Positions 35,368-47,935 of a DNA stretch of 64,000 nt are shown in pieces. Made by a program: the position numbers and the translations under genes. The stretch lies in assembly GCA_022813865.1 (NCBI GenBank), contig JALDZX010000045.1, positions 62,001 through 126,000 on the forward strand, written 5' to 3'. Position 1 is the first letter of the stretch. Every line of letters starts with the position of its first letter. The notes below the pieces were generated by a model. It had not been told where the DNA came from. It did not search any database and saw nothing but the letters and a program-made list of their open reading frames with translations. This DNA is from Xylographa opegraphella (lineage: Eukaryota).

Positions 35368-36749
35368 ATAGGCATAGGATCACGCAGTTCTCTGACTTGG
35401 AAGCGCTTATGAGGTAGCATTCTCAGGCGACTGCTTTGCCATGCGATTTGGATTGTAGCTATACTAACACAACCTTCAGCTACCGTTCAGCAGCTTTTTG
35501 ACCATCGATTATTGCTTGTTGGATGTTTTAGGTATTGTCTTACAGTGAGGAATGACGGCCACAAAGCTAGATTGGCTGCTCGCGTGACTACAAAAACCCT
35601 GGACAATCTCCGAAGAACGAACATACCCCGACTCGCGCCAGGCTTGATTGCTCATGAAGCTGATATTGAATGCTCGTGCAAACCACGCCATAGTATAGAT
35701 ATCTAATCACTACCTTATGATACACGAGCTCCAAGATCGCATCATCACCAGCCTTATTAAGCTGAACATGCTCTATCACAGCTATACCATTTGAATCGAT
35801 GCGCACCGCTTCGTTGCTACGAAGCGGCCTTCACTCCCGTATGGATACACCGCCCTGCTCTGAAGCACGAGCAACTGATTATCTTCTCGGATCGGCCATG
35901 GAGCACATCATCTAGGCTACAAGAACCGCGTCCAAGTTCGTGACGACCTACCATCCGCGCCCCGCAATTGGGACTATGTGGCACAATCTGTGGGAATGGT
36001 AGTCTTACGCACGCACAACAGCTAGTGGGCGGTGGCACTACGGTTGACGCATCCGTGCTGGGTCTCGCAGATGCTTTGGAAGAGCCAGTCCGACACTCCA
36101 AGGACGTGAGCTCGGACCGAAAGTTCGGACAGCGCTGTTTGAACTTTTATAGCTGGGAAAGGAGATAGGAACATGAGCGTTTGGATTTGTACCGCAGGGT
36201 GATCTCATGCCCATCAAAGCCCTACTGAATGAAAACTTGAAAAGCAGAATAGTCCAATTGTAGTCGCTGCCAAAAGAAGACCATCGGCTCTTCGCGCTAC
36301 GAGACCCTTCGACCAATCGGAATGATGCAGATGGTGACATAATCCACATTGCGATAAAGTCGGCGAGGATAAATAAACCTTCGTAGACTGCAGACCGCCT
36401 TTGTCGATTCGCCGGTGGACACGATAGGTAGTCTTCGAGACGGCTGTCAGCGCTGGTTCTTGTGACCCTTCACCCGAGCCACGCGTCTTGAGGTTGCTGC
36501 CTACCGTAGTTACCGTGCAACGTAGGGTAGGGTACCCAGGTACGCAAGGCAGTGTATTTAAATAGCTACTCCTACCCGCTCGTCTATGGTCATAAAAATT
36601 TATGCGTCTTCGTACTATCGGATAATCCATTCCTCAGAAGTATATCAGAGGAAGTAGAATCCACTCTTATATAGTTACCTTACCGAGCAAGGTAGCGCTT
36701 GATACTCGACCCGTACACAACCGCCTCCACCACTTCCCTTTTTCCTACG

Positions 36750-37746
36750 ATGTCGGAAGCGGCTACGTTGTCGGAGAAGAACCGCCAGCATTGGGAGTGC
36801 GTGCTTCCCCCCCGCTCCTCCTCCTTCTCCTCCTTTGCGGCATGCTGGCAGGCGCCTGCTGATGCGGACAGTGAGTTTGCGAGCTCGTACGACGAGAAGG
36901 CGTGGGCGAAAGATCTGGTGCGCGACATCGCCGCTGGCGTGATCCAGCATCGGGCTTGGATCGGTGTGGACTGGGTCACGAAGGACAAGTCGGGGCTTAG
37001 TAGTGAGCGGGAGGTGCGGATGCTGGACTATGCGTGCGGGCCGGGGAATATCGCTAGCGTATGTGGTAAATTTGGGATGCAGAATGGTCGACTCTGGGGG
37101 GGGGGCTGACGAGGCTGCGCAGACTCTCTTCCCCTATGTCACTCAGGTCCGCGGCGTCGATCTGTCGTCCGGGATGGTGCAAGAGTTCAACCGGCGTGCG
37201 GCGGCGTTGGACTTCAGCCCGGACCGGTTTCACGCCTGGCAGGGCGATCTGCTTGCAGATCCGGCGACGCAGTCGGCCATCGGTGGAGAGGAGTTCTTCG
37301 GCTTCGATCTGGTGACTTGCTCCATGGCTTTCCACCATATCGAGAACTCGGAGCTGGCCTGTGAGCGGTTTGTCGAACGGCTGAAGCCTGGGACTGGGGT
37401 TCTGTGTATCATCGACCTGGTTCCTGACGGGAGCCACCATGGTCACGGTCACGGCCACGGCCACGGTCACGGACACGGCCACGGCCACGCACATGGGAAG
37501 GCTCAGGGCCACGGCGCGGAAGCGGCGGACAACAAACAGTCGCCTTGGGGTGCGTACCCTGCGCAAGCCTCGGATTCGACCATTGCGCATGGGGGCTTCA
37601 CCAAAGAGCGTATGGAAAGCTTGCTGAAAGCATCTGGCTGTGAGGATGTGAAGTATCTGGAGCTAGACAAGGAGCTGGCCTTTGGGCCCGACTTTGCGAA
37701 TGTCAAGAGGCGGGCTTTTATGGTTCGTGGCAGGAGAGCGGGATGA
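36750..37746 (+). CDS. Class I SAM-dependent methyltransferase with a His-Gly repeat insert, 3 exons
   Basis: MLDYACGPG (motif I), GVDLSSGMV, FDLVTCSMAFHH, LKPGTGVLCIIDL and AHGGFT. Confidence 0.9.
37435..37497 (+). repeat. Coding hexanucleotide repeat (CAY GGN)n encoding a poly-HG tract
   Basis: Encodes HHGHGHGHGHGHGHGHGHAHG. Confidence 0.95.
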
Positions 37747-38871
37747 TTGGCTGGACTCGGGTTCGACCTATCATGACCATAGCTAAGGTATTCACATGTC
37801 GTCGTTTAGCTTCCGGTGGTGAAAGATGGGGGTGGATCGCTTTCGTTCGGGATAGGAGAAGTCTATCAGTGTTCGTTCCTAGGCAGGTATGCATAATACA
37901 TGAGTCGCTTGTAAGAGTACCTGCATCATGAGATTGGGTTTGACGGCGATGGCTCCACTTCCGGCCTGAGCTCCGGAGAGACTGCCTCGACAGCGGTGGC
38001 AGTGATCGAGACGGGTGTGCGCAGAAGGGGTAAATCGCATCTCGAGCCGGCGTAGTGTGCCACAGTTTGTGGCTTTGTAGCTTCATGCAGAAAATTGATA
38101 GGCTTTCTCCAATCATACGAGCTGGGCTTGGCAGGTTGAGATGTGGAAATAGAAAGCAATCGATCGGCTGGTGATCGTCGCAGGTCATCTGCACAACACT
38201 TCCTTTGGGGCTTAAACGTTAGCAAGGTATCTACCTACCTATCGCCTCTTCTAGAAGAAAGCGCAGCGGTCGGCTGAGCATGCACTCACGGAGAGGCGAA
38301 AGATAAACCGGAATCCGCCTAGGGACGGCGTTAGTCCGCTGATCGAGCACACCACCATTAGTTCGTTGCTTCCCAGATGCTAGAGCCGCGTCGTCCGCAA
38401 GCAATCAACGCCGAGCTATCTCTCTCTACCTTGGAAGCTGCACTGGCGGGGGAAGCGGAAAGGCTCAACCCCCTCCCCCCTCCCCCCCACAGTCAATGGT
38501 GGTTCATCTGGAGCGGCGCCAATAGGATCTGTCGTTGGAGGGCATCACCCAATGGTGCAGAATGGCTGGTAGCAAGACGTTGATTGGCCTATCTCATCGG
38601 GGCGTGAGCGGAGATGTCTCACGCACAGAATTAGGGGGGGGATAATGGGGCAGAGCAAGTAGAGTGGCCCCCTAAAGCAGTTGATCTGAGGGCTGGCGCT
38701 TCGGCCAAGAACAGCCCCCGGACGGCCTTTTGGTTTCATGGCTCAAACATGCGGGGTTAGTTGATCGAGGTCCACTAAAGTCCAACTAAACCCCCTCCAT
38801 TCTAGCTCGGAGCGAATCACAGCCATTGTTCCAATGCAGATGCCACACACCTCCTTAATCCCCGTTGCATT

Positions 38872-38898
38872 CACCACCACCACCACCACCTCCACCAC
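38872..38898. repeat. (CAC)n microsatellite
   Basis: CACCACCACCACCACCACCTCCACCAC upstream of the gene at 39358. Confidence 0.85.
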
Positions 38899-39357
38899 CC
38901 ATTCACTTTCTATTCTCAGCTCAGTCACTCCTTCACGAGATCGTGCTTCTTCCAGCTCGGAGATCGCCACCCTCGGATCTCACTCGACATGCCGTGATGC
39001 GATCGTCCGCTCAAAAGCTATTATTTAATCCTGGCCATATGCTTTGCTTCTGAGAGGAGGCGCCTTGGTGCTATATGATACACCGAACCACTGCCTTACC
39101 TTTGAGCTCGCCTCTCTCGTGCATGGTTGGCTGGCCTAACCATCTCTGACATCTGAGCACGGTTATCACCCTCGTTTAACATCGTTGCACAGCAGCATAC
39201 GCCTAATCTGAATGACATTCCTTCCGGCCCGCATTCCTGCGACTCGATCGCGTTCTGGCAATCCTTCCCAGTAAGTGCCAGTGTGGGAATCGTGATATCT
39301 AGCAGCATACATCCAACTCAGGTCCCCGGAGGACGCCTGCAGTTCACCGACGCCACC

Positions 39358-40946
39358 ATGAACCGCGACTCCATTAATACTCGAGCCGATGTCTCTCGCG
39401 GGTCCGTGGACATGGACATCCTGAAAAGCTCCCCATCCACCAAAAAACGGAAGAACGGTAGCCTCAGGATGATTGTTCGCAAGCTCTTTGGCAGGAAGTC
39501 CGTCAAGAGTCAGATCAGCTTGCCCACGCCAACGAAGAATTTGGAACATGTAAGTGCAATGCCACCCGCACGGCCCCTGTACAATTCCGACTGCGTATGC
39601 TTATTTTGAGGAAGGATCCTTCTGCATTCATAACATCACCCAGGGCCGTGTCCCTCCCGATTCAAGAGATCTCTCGAACAAGTGCTCTGGGTTCGCACTC
39701 GCCCTTCAATCTGCCCGCTGGCCCACGCGTGGTGAGTGGCGCAACTGATGTACCAGAGCGAAGTGTTGCAAGACCACGCGGAGCTTCATTGCCGAGCGTT
39801 ATCATGAACCCTCCCGAACCGGTCGTGCTGCCTGCTGGGGAAGCAAGTCCGAAAGCGGAGCAGGCAGCGGCTCGCACCGAAGAGGACGAAAATATTGGCT
39901 TTGCTGTCACCAGTGGCAGTAATCCTAAGAGAAGATCTAGGAGCGCCGACGCTTTCTACGATGCCACTCGCGGACATCGTCTGTCCCCAATACAATGGAG
40001 ACAATGGCGGCGACGGAGTGATGAGATTAAATATTGGCGGGATAGCGTTGCCGAGAGTCCAGCGCTGAAGTCGAAGTTTGACGATGACGATGGCTCGTCC
40101 GTAGAAGGGGCTCCCGAGGAAGCTCCGGCGCCTGTTGCGGAGACGGGCGACCAGGAGGATGACATCAATCGTGATACTTTCGACTTTGGGATCCTAGCAA
40201 CCTCGATGCAGGAACAAGAACCTGTCAGTATCGAGGAGCGGGTGGTGACGATGGAAGTGAAACTCATGGACCTTGAATATGCGATTTCGAAGATTCAAGC
40301 ACAATCGCATTCACCGGTGAACCTGCCCCCAGACGTCAAGCAGTCGGCTGTTAGAGGACGGAGTCCAAGTTTACGGTCTACAGCATCCGAGTCATCGCTG
40401 CAAGCAAGGGCAATGGAGCAGAGTACAAGCACCAATGAAGGATCGGAGAGCACACAGCCTACTTCGCAGTCCTCAAATGAACCCGTTGGCAAGCAGAAAG
40501 TTCGACCCATCAGCAATGCCCCAACTATCCGTCCTGCGAAAGTCGATCCGCAGTCTCCCAAGGTTCAGGATTCGCCACCGAAACGTAATCGCAATAGCAT
40601 CACGAGCCTTACCATAGACCACTACACTACCCTAATCGGTCTTATCAGAAGGGAGCAAGCTGCTCGTATCCGCCTGGAAGATCAAGTCACAGACCTTCAG
40701 CGACAAATTATGAGCATGAAAACGGCCTCTCCGGCGGACTCGAGATCCAGAATTCCTCGGTGGCAGGGAAATACATATCACCCGAACAGTAGTGCGGTAT
40801 CGGATTACCGTGGTGGCAGGTATACCCATGATCTTGACGAGACCGATACGGATGACGGATTCCAAGATGTCTACGAGACTCCGATCGAACGCAGGGAATT
40901 TGAGGGTGGTCCATTCGCAGGCCCTTACGAGGGGGAGGCATTCTGA
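39358..40946 (+). CDS. Fungal protein of unknown function with coiled coils, 2 exons
   Basis: GCCACC-ATG start and an intron from GTAAGT at about 39550. Motifs LRMIVRKLFGRK, KRRSRSADA, IEERVVTMEVKLMDLEYAISKIQ and LIRREQAARIRLEDQV. Confidence 0.82.
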
Positions 40947-41447
40947 GCATAGCGGACTGAAACAGGGGACGATTGAACGAGTACACTACTAATGGGTGCA
41001 GGTCACCGAGACGAGAAATGTTGACGAGAACATATGCGTGAGGGGTGGCTTCGTGCAGCGTATAGTACAGCATGTCTTGCAGCTTGGGAGGATGTCAGTT
41101 TATACCCTTGGTTGCGCTTGGTTCTCCCAGAGTCAGGCAATGCCTGGAATACGGCTGGGTTTGCGATCTGCGGTGAGATGGTGGATCTATTGTAATCATA
41201 TACAACTCGCTAGGCAAAGGTTTTCCGTGCCAGTAGAAGAATAGCCATCCAGTGTGATTTCGATTTACAATTACATTATTATTGCTGTGTGTTAGACACT
41301 TCGTTCGGACCGGACGTCATCCGCGAGCAATGACGTTGATTCAGGGGCAAGCTCTCCTGGTTCAGGGTCCAAGCTCGAGCTTCAACTCAACAGCTCAAGA
41401 TCGGTGTTCCAATTCAAAGCCCATCCATCCACTCCACGTTCCCCGTC

Positions 41448-42855
41448 ATGCGCACCTCACGTATCGCCCAAGAGACCGCGAAGCTATCTCAAGCAATTTC
41501 ACCAAGCAAACCTGCCATCCGCCGCCAAACCCGCTCCTTTGCCAATTCCTTGTCCGCCTTCGCTGCCGCAGGCTCTCCTATAACAACCAGCACTTCAAAT
41601 CCCGAAGACGACGACTCGTCCTCCCTTTCCTCTACTTCCTCGTCCGCCGACATTGAGGACTACTCGCGCCTTACCCCTAGCAGGAAGCGCAAGCACGGTG
41701 TCGATTCTCCCACTACAGTTGTCTCGAGCGTGAGTATCAGCACTCGCAGCTCGCCACGGAAACGTGGCGTGAAAGCGGAGGATGGATCTACGGAGGGGAG
41801 AGTGAAGCCGGTGGGAAAGGTGAAGCGGCAGCCGGCGAAAGAGGTAGTTGACGACGCGGGAGAAGTGGAGATACACCCGCCGGCGCATTGGGAAGAGGTC
41901 TACGAGGCTGTCAAAGAGATGCGGAAGCGGTTGCTCGCGCCCGTGGACACGATGGGCTGCGAGAGATTGGCGGATGAGGGATTGTCGGAGCGGGTAAGTC
42001 TTCAATTCGATTCTCCATAGCGCTGCGGTCCCGATTCAACAGAAATCGCCAATATCATCCCGCGGCACCACATGTCTCACCGTCCTCGCTTGCTAGCTAA
42101 CGCATTCTCGTTCCCAGGACCAACGCTTCCAAACTCTCATCGCGCTGATGCTCTCCTCCCAAACCAAAGATACCACCACCGCCGCCACGATGCACGCCCT
42201 GCAAAGCACCCTCCCCTCCCCGGGCCTCACGCTGGCCAACATCCTCGCCATCGACCCCGCCACTCTCAACACGCTCATCCACGCCGTCGGCTTCCACAAC
42301 AACAAGACGCGCTACATCAAAGCAACGGCGGAGATCCTGCACGCGCGCTTCGGCGACGACATCCCGGCCACGGTCGCCGGCCTCATGAGCCTCCCGGGCG
42401 TGGGGCCCAAGATGGCCTATCTGTGCATGAGCGCCGCGTGGGGCCGCACCGAGGGCATCGGCGTCGACGTGCATGTGCACCGCATCACGAACCTGTGGGG
42501 CTGGCATCGGACCAAGGCGCCCGAGGAGACGAGGCTGGCGCTGCAGGCTTGGCTGCCGAGGGAGAGGTGGCATGAGATTAATCACCTGCTGGTCGGCTTT
42601 GGTCAGACCATCTGTGCGCCGGTGGGGAGGAGGTGTGGGGAGTGTGTGCTTGCGGAGAGGGGGCTGTGTCCGAGTGCGGTGGTGGGGGCGAAGAGGGTGG
42701 TGAAGGGGAGGGTGAAGAGGGAAGTGGGGACGACGGAGGGGAGTGAAGGGGTGAAGCGGGAGGAGGGTACGCTGGCCGTTAAGGAAGAGGAGGTGCTTGC
42801 GGATGGGCGGGTGGTCAAGAGGGGGGAAGAGGTGGCTGTCAAGGTTGAGGCGTAG
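41448..42855 (+). CDS. NTH1: Endonuclease III-like DNA glycosylase/AP lyase, 2 exons
   Basis: [25 protein letters not shown], HhH motif [20 protein letters not shown] and the Fe-S motif [19 protein letters not shown]. Intron at about 41994-42117. Confidence 0.96.
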
Positions 42856-43173
42856 CGTAGCCGTCGACAGGAGAGATATCATAGAGTCGACGTTCACTGT
42901 TGTCTGGTTTTCCGCTTTAAGCTGCCTCCCTTTGAGAACTCCCTTCATCCGCGCGAGCCCCTTCGCCATGTTTCCCTGCTCGCATTCTTCCACCCGTCTA
43001 TCAACAAGCTTCCCATCTTCCCTCCCCCACCGCACGAGCTCCTCCCCACTCCTCAACCACCACTTCGGCACCACCGCACCCATCGACAGTCCACCACCAG
43101 CCCACCACCAGCCCACCAAACCCCAAACCCCGCCGCCAAACACCCCACCTCACCCCACCACCATCCCTCCGCG

Positions 43174-43773
43174 TTATCCCGGTCCGATCCTCGGCCTAGA
43201 CAGCAACACCCCGATCAGCACAGCCCCAAACACACCCTTCCCCACCCACCCCCCCCTCACCAGCAAAGAAAAGAACAACAACGACATACATATCATGATG
43301 CTCACTCAAATTACTCAAGTAGCGATTCAACTCCTCCACGCGCTCCTTATGCGTCTTGACGCCCTCGCGCTTGAGGCGCTCATCCAGCTGTTGTGGGTCC
43401 TAGCAGTCAGCCCATTCCCCTCTCCCATCTCCCCCGCTCTCCACCCCCAAACCACCATGACAAGAGAACACTCAAAACTCACCCTCCTCCTCCTCCCCTC
43501 CTCACGCCTCCTCTCCGCCTCCGTCTTCCCCACCCGCATTCCCACCTGCCCCCCCCCATTCTCCCCTTTCGATTCCGTAGTAGCTTCCGCGCCCGCTTCT
43601 TGCCCCTCCTCCTCCACGTGTCTGTGGGCGTCCGGAGGAGGTGCGTCGTCTAGCGGCTTCTTCGGCTTCTTTGTTTTGCTGTGCTTGTGCTTGTGTTTCG
43701 TGATTTTGCTGGGCCCGCTGCCTTTGAGCTTGAGGCTGCCGCCCGGGGTTGCGGTGTAGTCGGTGGGTGGCAT
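43174..43773 (-). CDS. FAM32A-like (DUF1754) small nuclear protein, 3 exons
   Basis: GGSLKLKG..K-rich..KTEAERR..|LDERLKREGVKTHKERVEELNRYLSNLSEHHDM|PRIGPG*. Confidence 0.9.
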
Positions 43774-44186
43774 GGTGGGTGGTATTGGGGGGGAGGTGGG
43801 GGGGAGGTGGGGGGAGGTGGATGGGGATGCGGAGCGGGAGGGGGGGATTGTAGTCTCGGGGCCGGATTGGGTTAGTGGGGTGTATAGGGCGCTTAAGGCG
43901 CTTAAAGCATTTTGGGAGTTGGGGGGGGGGTGAGTCAGCGGAGATGGGGGGGTGAATAAGCCGATGAACGGGGTATTTTACAGGATGGAGAAGCGTAGGA
44001 AGCGGAATGCCACTTTTACGCCCGGAGCGCATTGCGTTCTGGATACAAAACTTGTGAAGATTCCGGAAGGCAAAGAATTCTGCCTGGTGGATAATCTCCA
44101 TCTGTGTCCCCCAAGAAGAAGGCACAACACCCCACCCCACCAGTTCCAAACACCACCCCAACTCCGGCCCCAGCAAAGCCCCTAGA

Positions 44187-44972
44187 ATGAGTCCCTCCAC
44201 CCCTCCACCCCTCGCCGCCACCTCACCCCGACCCCGCCCCTTCACCATCGCCCTCTCCGGCTGCGCCTCCGCCGGCAAATCCACCACCGCCCACATCCTC
44301 CACACCGTCCTCCACCCCCTCCTCTTCACCCTCCAGCAAGACGACTTCAACAAACCGATCAACCAACTCCCAACTCAGCCCAACGGCCTCCCCGACGCCG
44401 ACGCCCTCGCATCCACCGACATCCCGCGCTTCAAGTCCGCCGTCCTGCACGCCCAGCGCACGGGGCGCCTACCTCCGGGCTTCACGAGCTGGCAGGACCC
44501 AGCCCAGCTAGCGATGGAGCGCGCCCTCGCGGTGGGCCACGTGTCGGAGGCGCGGCGCGCGGCAGCCACAGCGGCGCTGGATGCGGCACGGCGGGGCCGC
44601 GAGGTCGCGCTCCTCGAGGGCTGGTTGCTGTTCCAGGACGAGGACATCCGCCGCATGGCGGACGTGAAGCTCTTCCTGCGGACGTCGAAGGCGGCGGCGC
44701 GGCATCGGCGCATGACGCGGCCCGGGTACGGGGATCCGGATACAAAGGACTTTTGGCGGACGGAGGAGTATTTCGAGGAGTGCGTGTGGGGGAATTATGT
44801 GAGGAATAGCGGGGGCTGGTTCGTGGGCGGCGATGTTGAGGGGGAGCCGGATGAGGAGCTGTGTAGGCGGGAGGGGCTGGTGATGCGGCCGGGGTTGGAG
44901 ATGGGGGTTGAGGAGACGTTTGAGTGGGCGGTGAGGGTTGTGTGTGAGGCTTTGGATGCGGAGGGTGGTTGA
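44187..44972 (+). CDS. NRK1: Nicotinamide riboside kinase-like P-loop kinase
   Basis: IALSGCASAGKST, LQQDDF, LLEGWLLF, DVKLFL, RRMTRPGY..FW..EYFEECVWGNY. Confidence 0.82.
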   Translation: MSPSTPPPLAATSPRPRPFTIALSGCASAGKSTTAHILHTVLHPLLFTLQQDDFNKPINQLPTQPNGLPDADALASTDIPRFKSAVLHAQRTGRLPPGFTSWQDPAQLAMERALAVGHVSEARRAAATAALDAARRGREVALLEGWLLFQDEDIRRMADVKLFLRTSKAAARHRRMTRPGYGDPDTKDFWRTEEYFEECVWGNYVRNSGGWFVGGDVEGEPDEELCRREGLVMRPGLEMGVEETFEWAVRVVCEALDAEGG

Positions 44973-45264
44973 GGCTTTGATGGGTGGTTTGGTGGTTGGC
45001 CTGGTGAGTGGATGAATCCTTTATGACAACGCACGGGATGTTTGTGTTTGGAAGTTGGATCTGTTATAAACATTTGGGAGACATAGCAAGTTTATATGGC
45101 ACGACGTGTAGACTCGTTCTCTGATATGATGTTTTGACCACTCTTTTGGAAAGGCGCAGGCAAGCCCCGGAAAGTGTTTTGCCTTTTTCCTGTACACGAA
45201 TAAAGTACACGGTTTGAATAGAATCATGTCTGATCTTCATTTAGTAGCTAAAGATACTCAGATA

Positions 45265-47643
45265 TCAATCAAGATCCAGGTCCGAGACATTTGGATATCT
45301 TAGATCGGCATTTTCCTCGAGGAATGCCATCCACCGTTTGAGAAACTTGCTCCCCCTTTCCACAATCAGTGAAGAACTCAAAGGGCGTGAGCATGACCTA
45401 CCTTCCTACGGTTTCAGAATCGCCAATTACACAGAGATGACGTTTTGGACGTGTCATGGCAACTATCAGATATTAGCGGACGTTGGATCTGATTCGAAGC
45501 TGACGGTGTTCTTACCATTGAGCCGTCTCTTCTCGCCTAGAAAGCCTACTTCATGGTCTGGATTGCTCCGCACCAGACTCACAATGATAGCTTCTTTCTC
45601 ACGGCCTTGGAATCCATCAACGCTCCCCAGCTCAATGCCGGGAAACCGCTCTTTCAGGTCCTTAGACAGCAGTGAAAGCTGAGCGTTATAAGGTGTCACC
45701 ACTGCGATTTCCTCGGCATGTATACCGGCATCTACCAGATTTCCAACGTGGTATCTCACCAGAGCGGCTTCCATTTCATTGCTTTTGCTGTCACCAAGAA
45801 GGGACGACTTCGTCTGTTTCTTGTCATTGCCAGCATCCTCGCTCTTCTCCGGGAAGTCACCCCCTTGAGTGTCCCAGAACACCAGGGGTTCCATGGTATC
45901 CTCTGTTTTCGTAATCTCATATGGTAATTCTGTAAGTATTCTGGCTTTTACCGCATCGGCAGCAATCAATTTGGACTCGTATAGTTCGTCTGATGGGAAT
46001 CGCATGATTTTCTCGTGCATACGGTATTGAGTGGTGAGCATACGCTTGATAGATGGCCCATGAAGTGCCAATAGTCTATCGAAGAGCGTGATTTCCAACG
46101 TCCCCTTGTCCACTATAGTCGGCAGTTCGTCTTTTGACAGTGATTTGACTTTGTCTGTGGGGGATTTTGTGTTCAATGACATGATGGTCGGAGGAAGTTG
46201 CAGATGGTCACCAGCAAGTACTACTTTCTGGGCCGAAAGTAATGCGACCCAGCATTGAGCTTCTAGTGCTTGACTCGCTTCGTCTATGATGACAACATCA
46301 AACTGCTGATGCCGAAGTTGGAAACCCCCTGAGCCATGGAGTGTTGCGAGAACCACCTTGCTACCGCTGACTAGATTGTCCACACACTTCTTTTCCCTTT
46401 CCCGATACTCTTTGCGAAGCTCTCTCATCTCTCCATAGATTGCTTTTCTCTCTCTACCATTTCGTGTTTTCTTGATACTCGCCTGCTTGTCATCCATCTC
46501 TTTTCTGACGTCCCTAACTATCGCTGACGCTTCTGAAGTTTGTGTCAGAACATCTAACGAGTGGTTAAGAACACTAGGAAGCAGCCGCGCTGGATGACCC
46601 AAACGAATGATAGGCACTTTGTGTGGTGCAAGCCTCTCAACAATGTTGTCGACGGATATATTCGAAGGGCCACATACTAGAATTCGGAGCTTGCACTGGA
46701 CAAGTTGGAGGATAAGCTCAATCAAAGTATAGGTCTTGCCAGTCTATCTCTTTTCAGCAGGAATAATTTGTGGTGGAAAGATGAGCACTGACCCCTGGAG
46801 GGCCATGGATTAGAGCGACCTCTCGAGAGGCTAGAGCAAACTTGACAGCATTTTTCTGTGAGTCATTGAGCGTAGGATCGATGAAATCGACCTTTCCGGA
46901 GCCAATCTCCTCATCTTCGAGGTTCGACGGAAGAGGCGTGGGCGAGTCCAAACCGAATAGAACTCTGATCAAAGTTGTGTAGTCTTTTTCTCCCATCTTC
47001 TTCAACCTTTCCATGGTCTGGTTCATTCTTTAGTAGCCATTATCAGCACGAAAAGTCGGACCGAATCCTCCTAAAGAAGAACCCATACCTCTTGTACGTA
47101 ACATCGTTGGCCAACTTGACCCTATAGATTATAGTCAGCACTCTTCATAAGTCTCCTATCAACACAAAAGACGAGAGCTCTGTCTCACATCACTCACACC
47201 CAGACCCTACCCCCAAGTCCCTCCGCATCGTCTTCTTCCCTCCCAAGCGCTACCTGCACCCCCTTCACTCCCACTCTAACCACAACACCCTGTACTCCCC
47301 TCCCTTCCATACCAGCCTTCTCTTTCTTCCTCTCATTTCCCTTGGGCTGCTCTCCCACCCTTACGATATCCCCGACCCGAATACCATGCTCCCCTATCTC
47401 CACATTATTACCGATTGCGGGGTCCTGCTCAAGCTCGAGAACTGTTTTCCCGCCGAGACCGGTACGTTGAGAGGAGACAACGAGGTTGAGCAGCGCAAGG
47501 CCGGCGCGGGACAGGGTGCTAGGAGAGGTGGAGGCGAGGAGGGTGGTGGTCGAAGCTGTTTCTGCGGCGAGTTCGGCGTCAAGGAGGGTGAGTTGATGTG
47601 TAGCGAATGTGGGGACATCAATCAGCGGCAAATTCATTATCAT
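45265..47643 (-). CDS. HCS1: SF1 Upf1-like helicase (Hcs1/SMUBP-2), 5 exons
   Basis: LIHGPPG|TGKT, PSNISVDN, IIDEASQALE, LAGDHLQLPP, LTTQYRMH, VTPYNAQ, SVDGFQGREKE and RRLN|VAMTR. Confidence 0.95.
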
Positions 47644-47935
47644 GAAGGAATAACGTAGAAGTGGTGCATTATCAAAGAAAAGTTCGGTTACGTTGACGAA
47701 GGCATGGTAGAATATGCGGGTATCTGTTATCGGGAAGTGCGGAGCACCAGACAGCTCCTCATGACTCTATTTATCGCGTAGCAAGTTTACCACCCAATCA
47801 GAGATAACGTTTACTACTTATCAATACTCAATTTCATGTGGTTTCACACGAAAATTGTATTTCACCCGTGCCTTGCAGCTATAGAGCTAGGTTAAATCTG
47901 TGATCGTCAATACCCCAACACCTTTATCATTCCCA

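Noticed and set aside
35500..36630. Short ORFs between the SREBP and methyltransferase genes (similar ones at 50450-51300)
   Set aside because: No recognisable motif or consistent frame; a heavily decayed gene cannot be excluded without a homology search.
42097..44362. Long overlapping ORFs 42097-43143(-), 42797-43759(+) and 43502-44362(-)
   Set aside because: Low-complexity translations caused by stop-poor, skewed GC-rich DNA that overlaps real genes.
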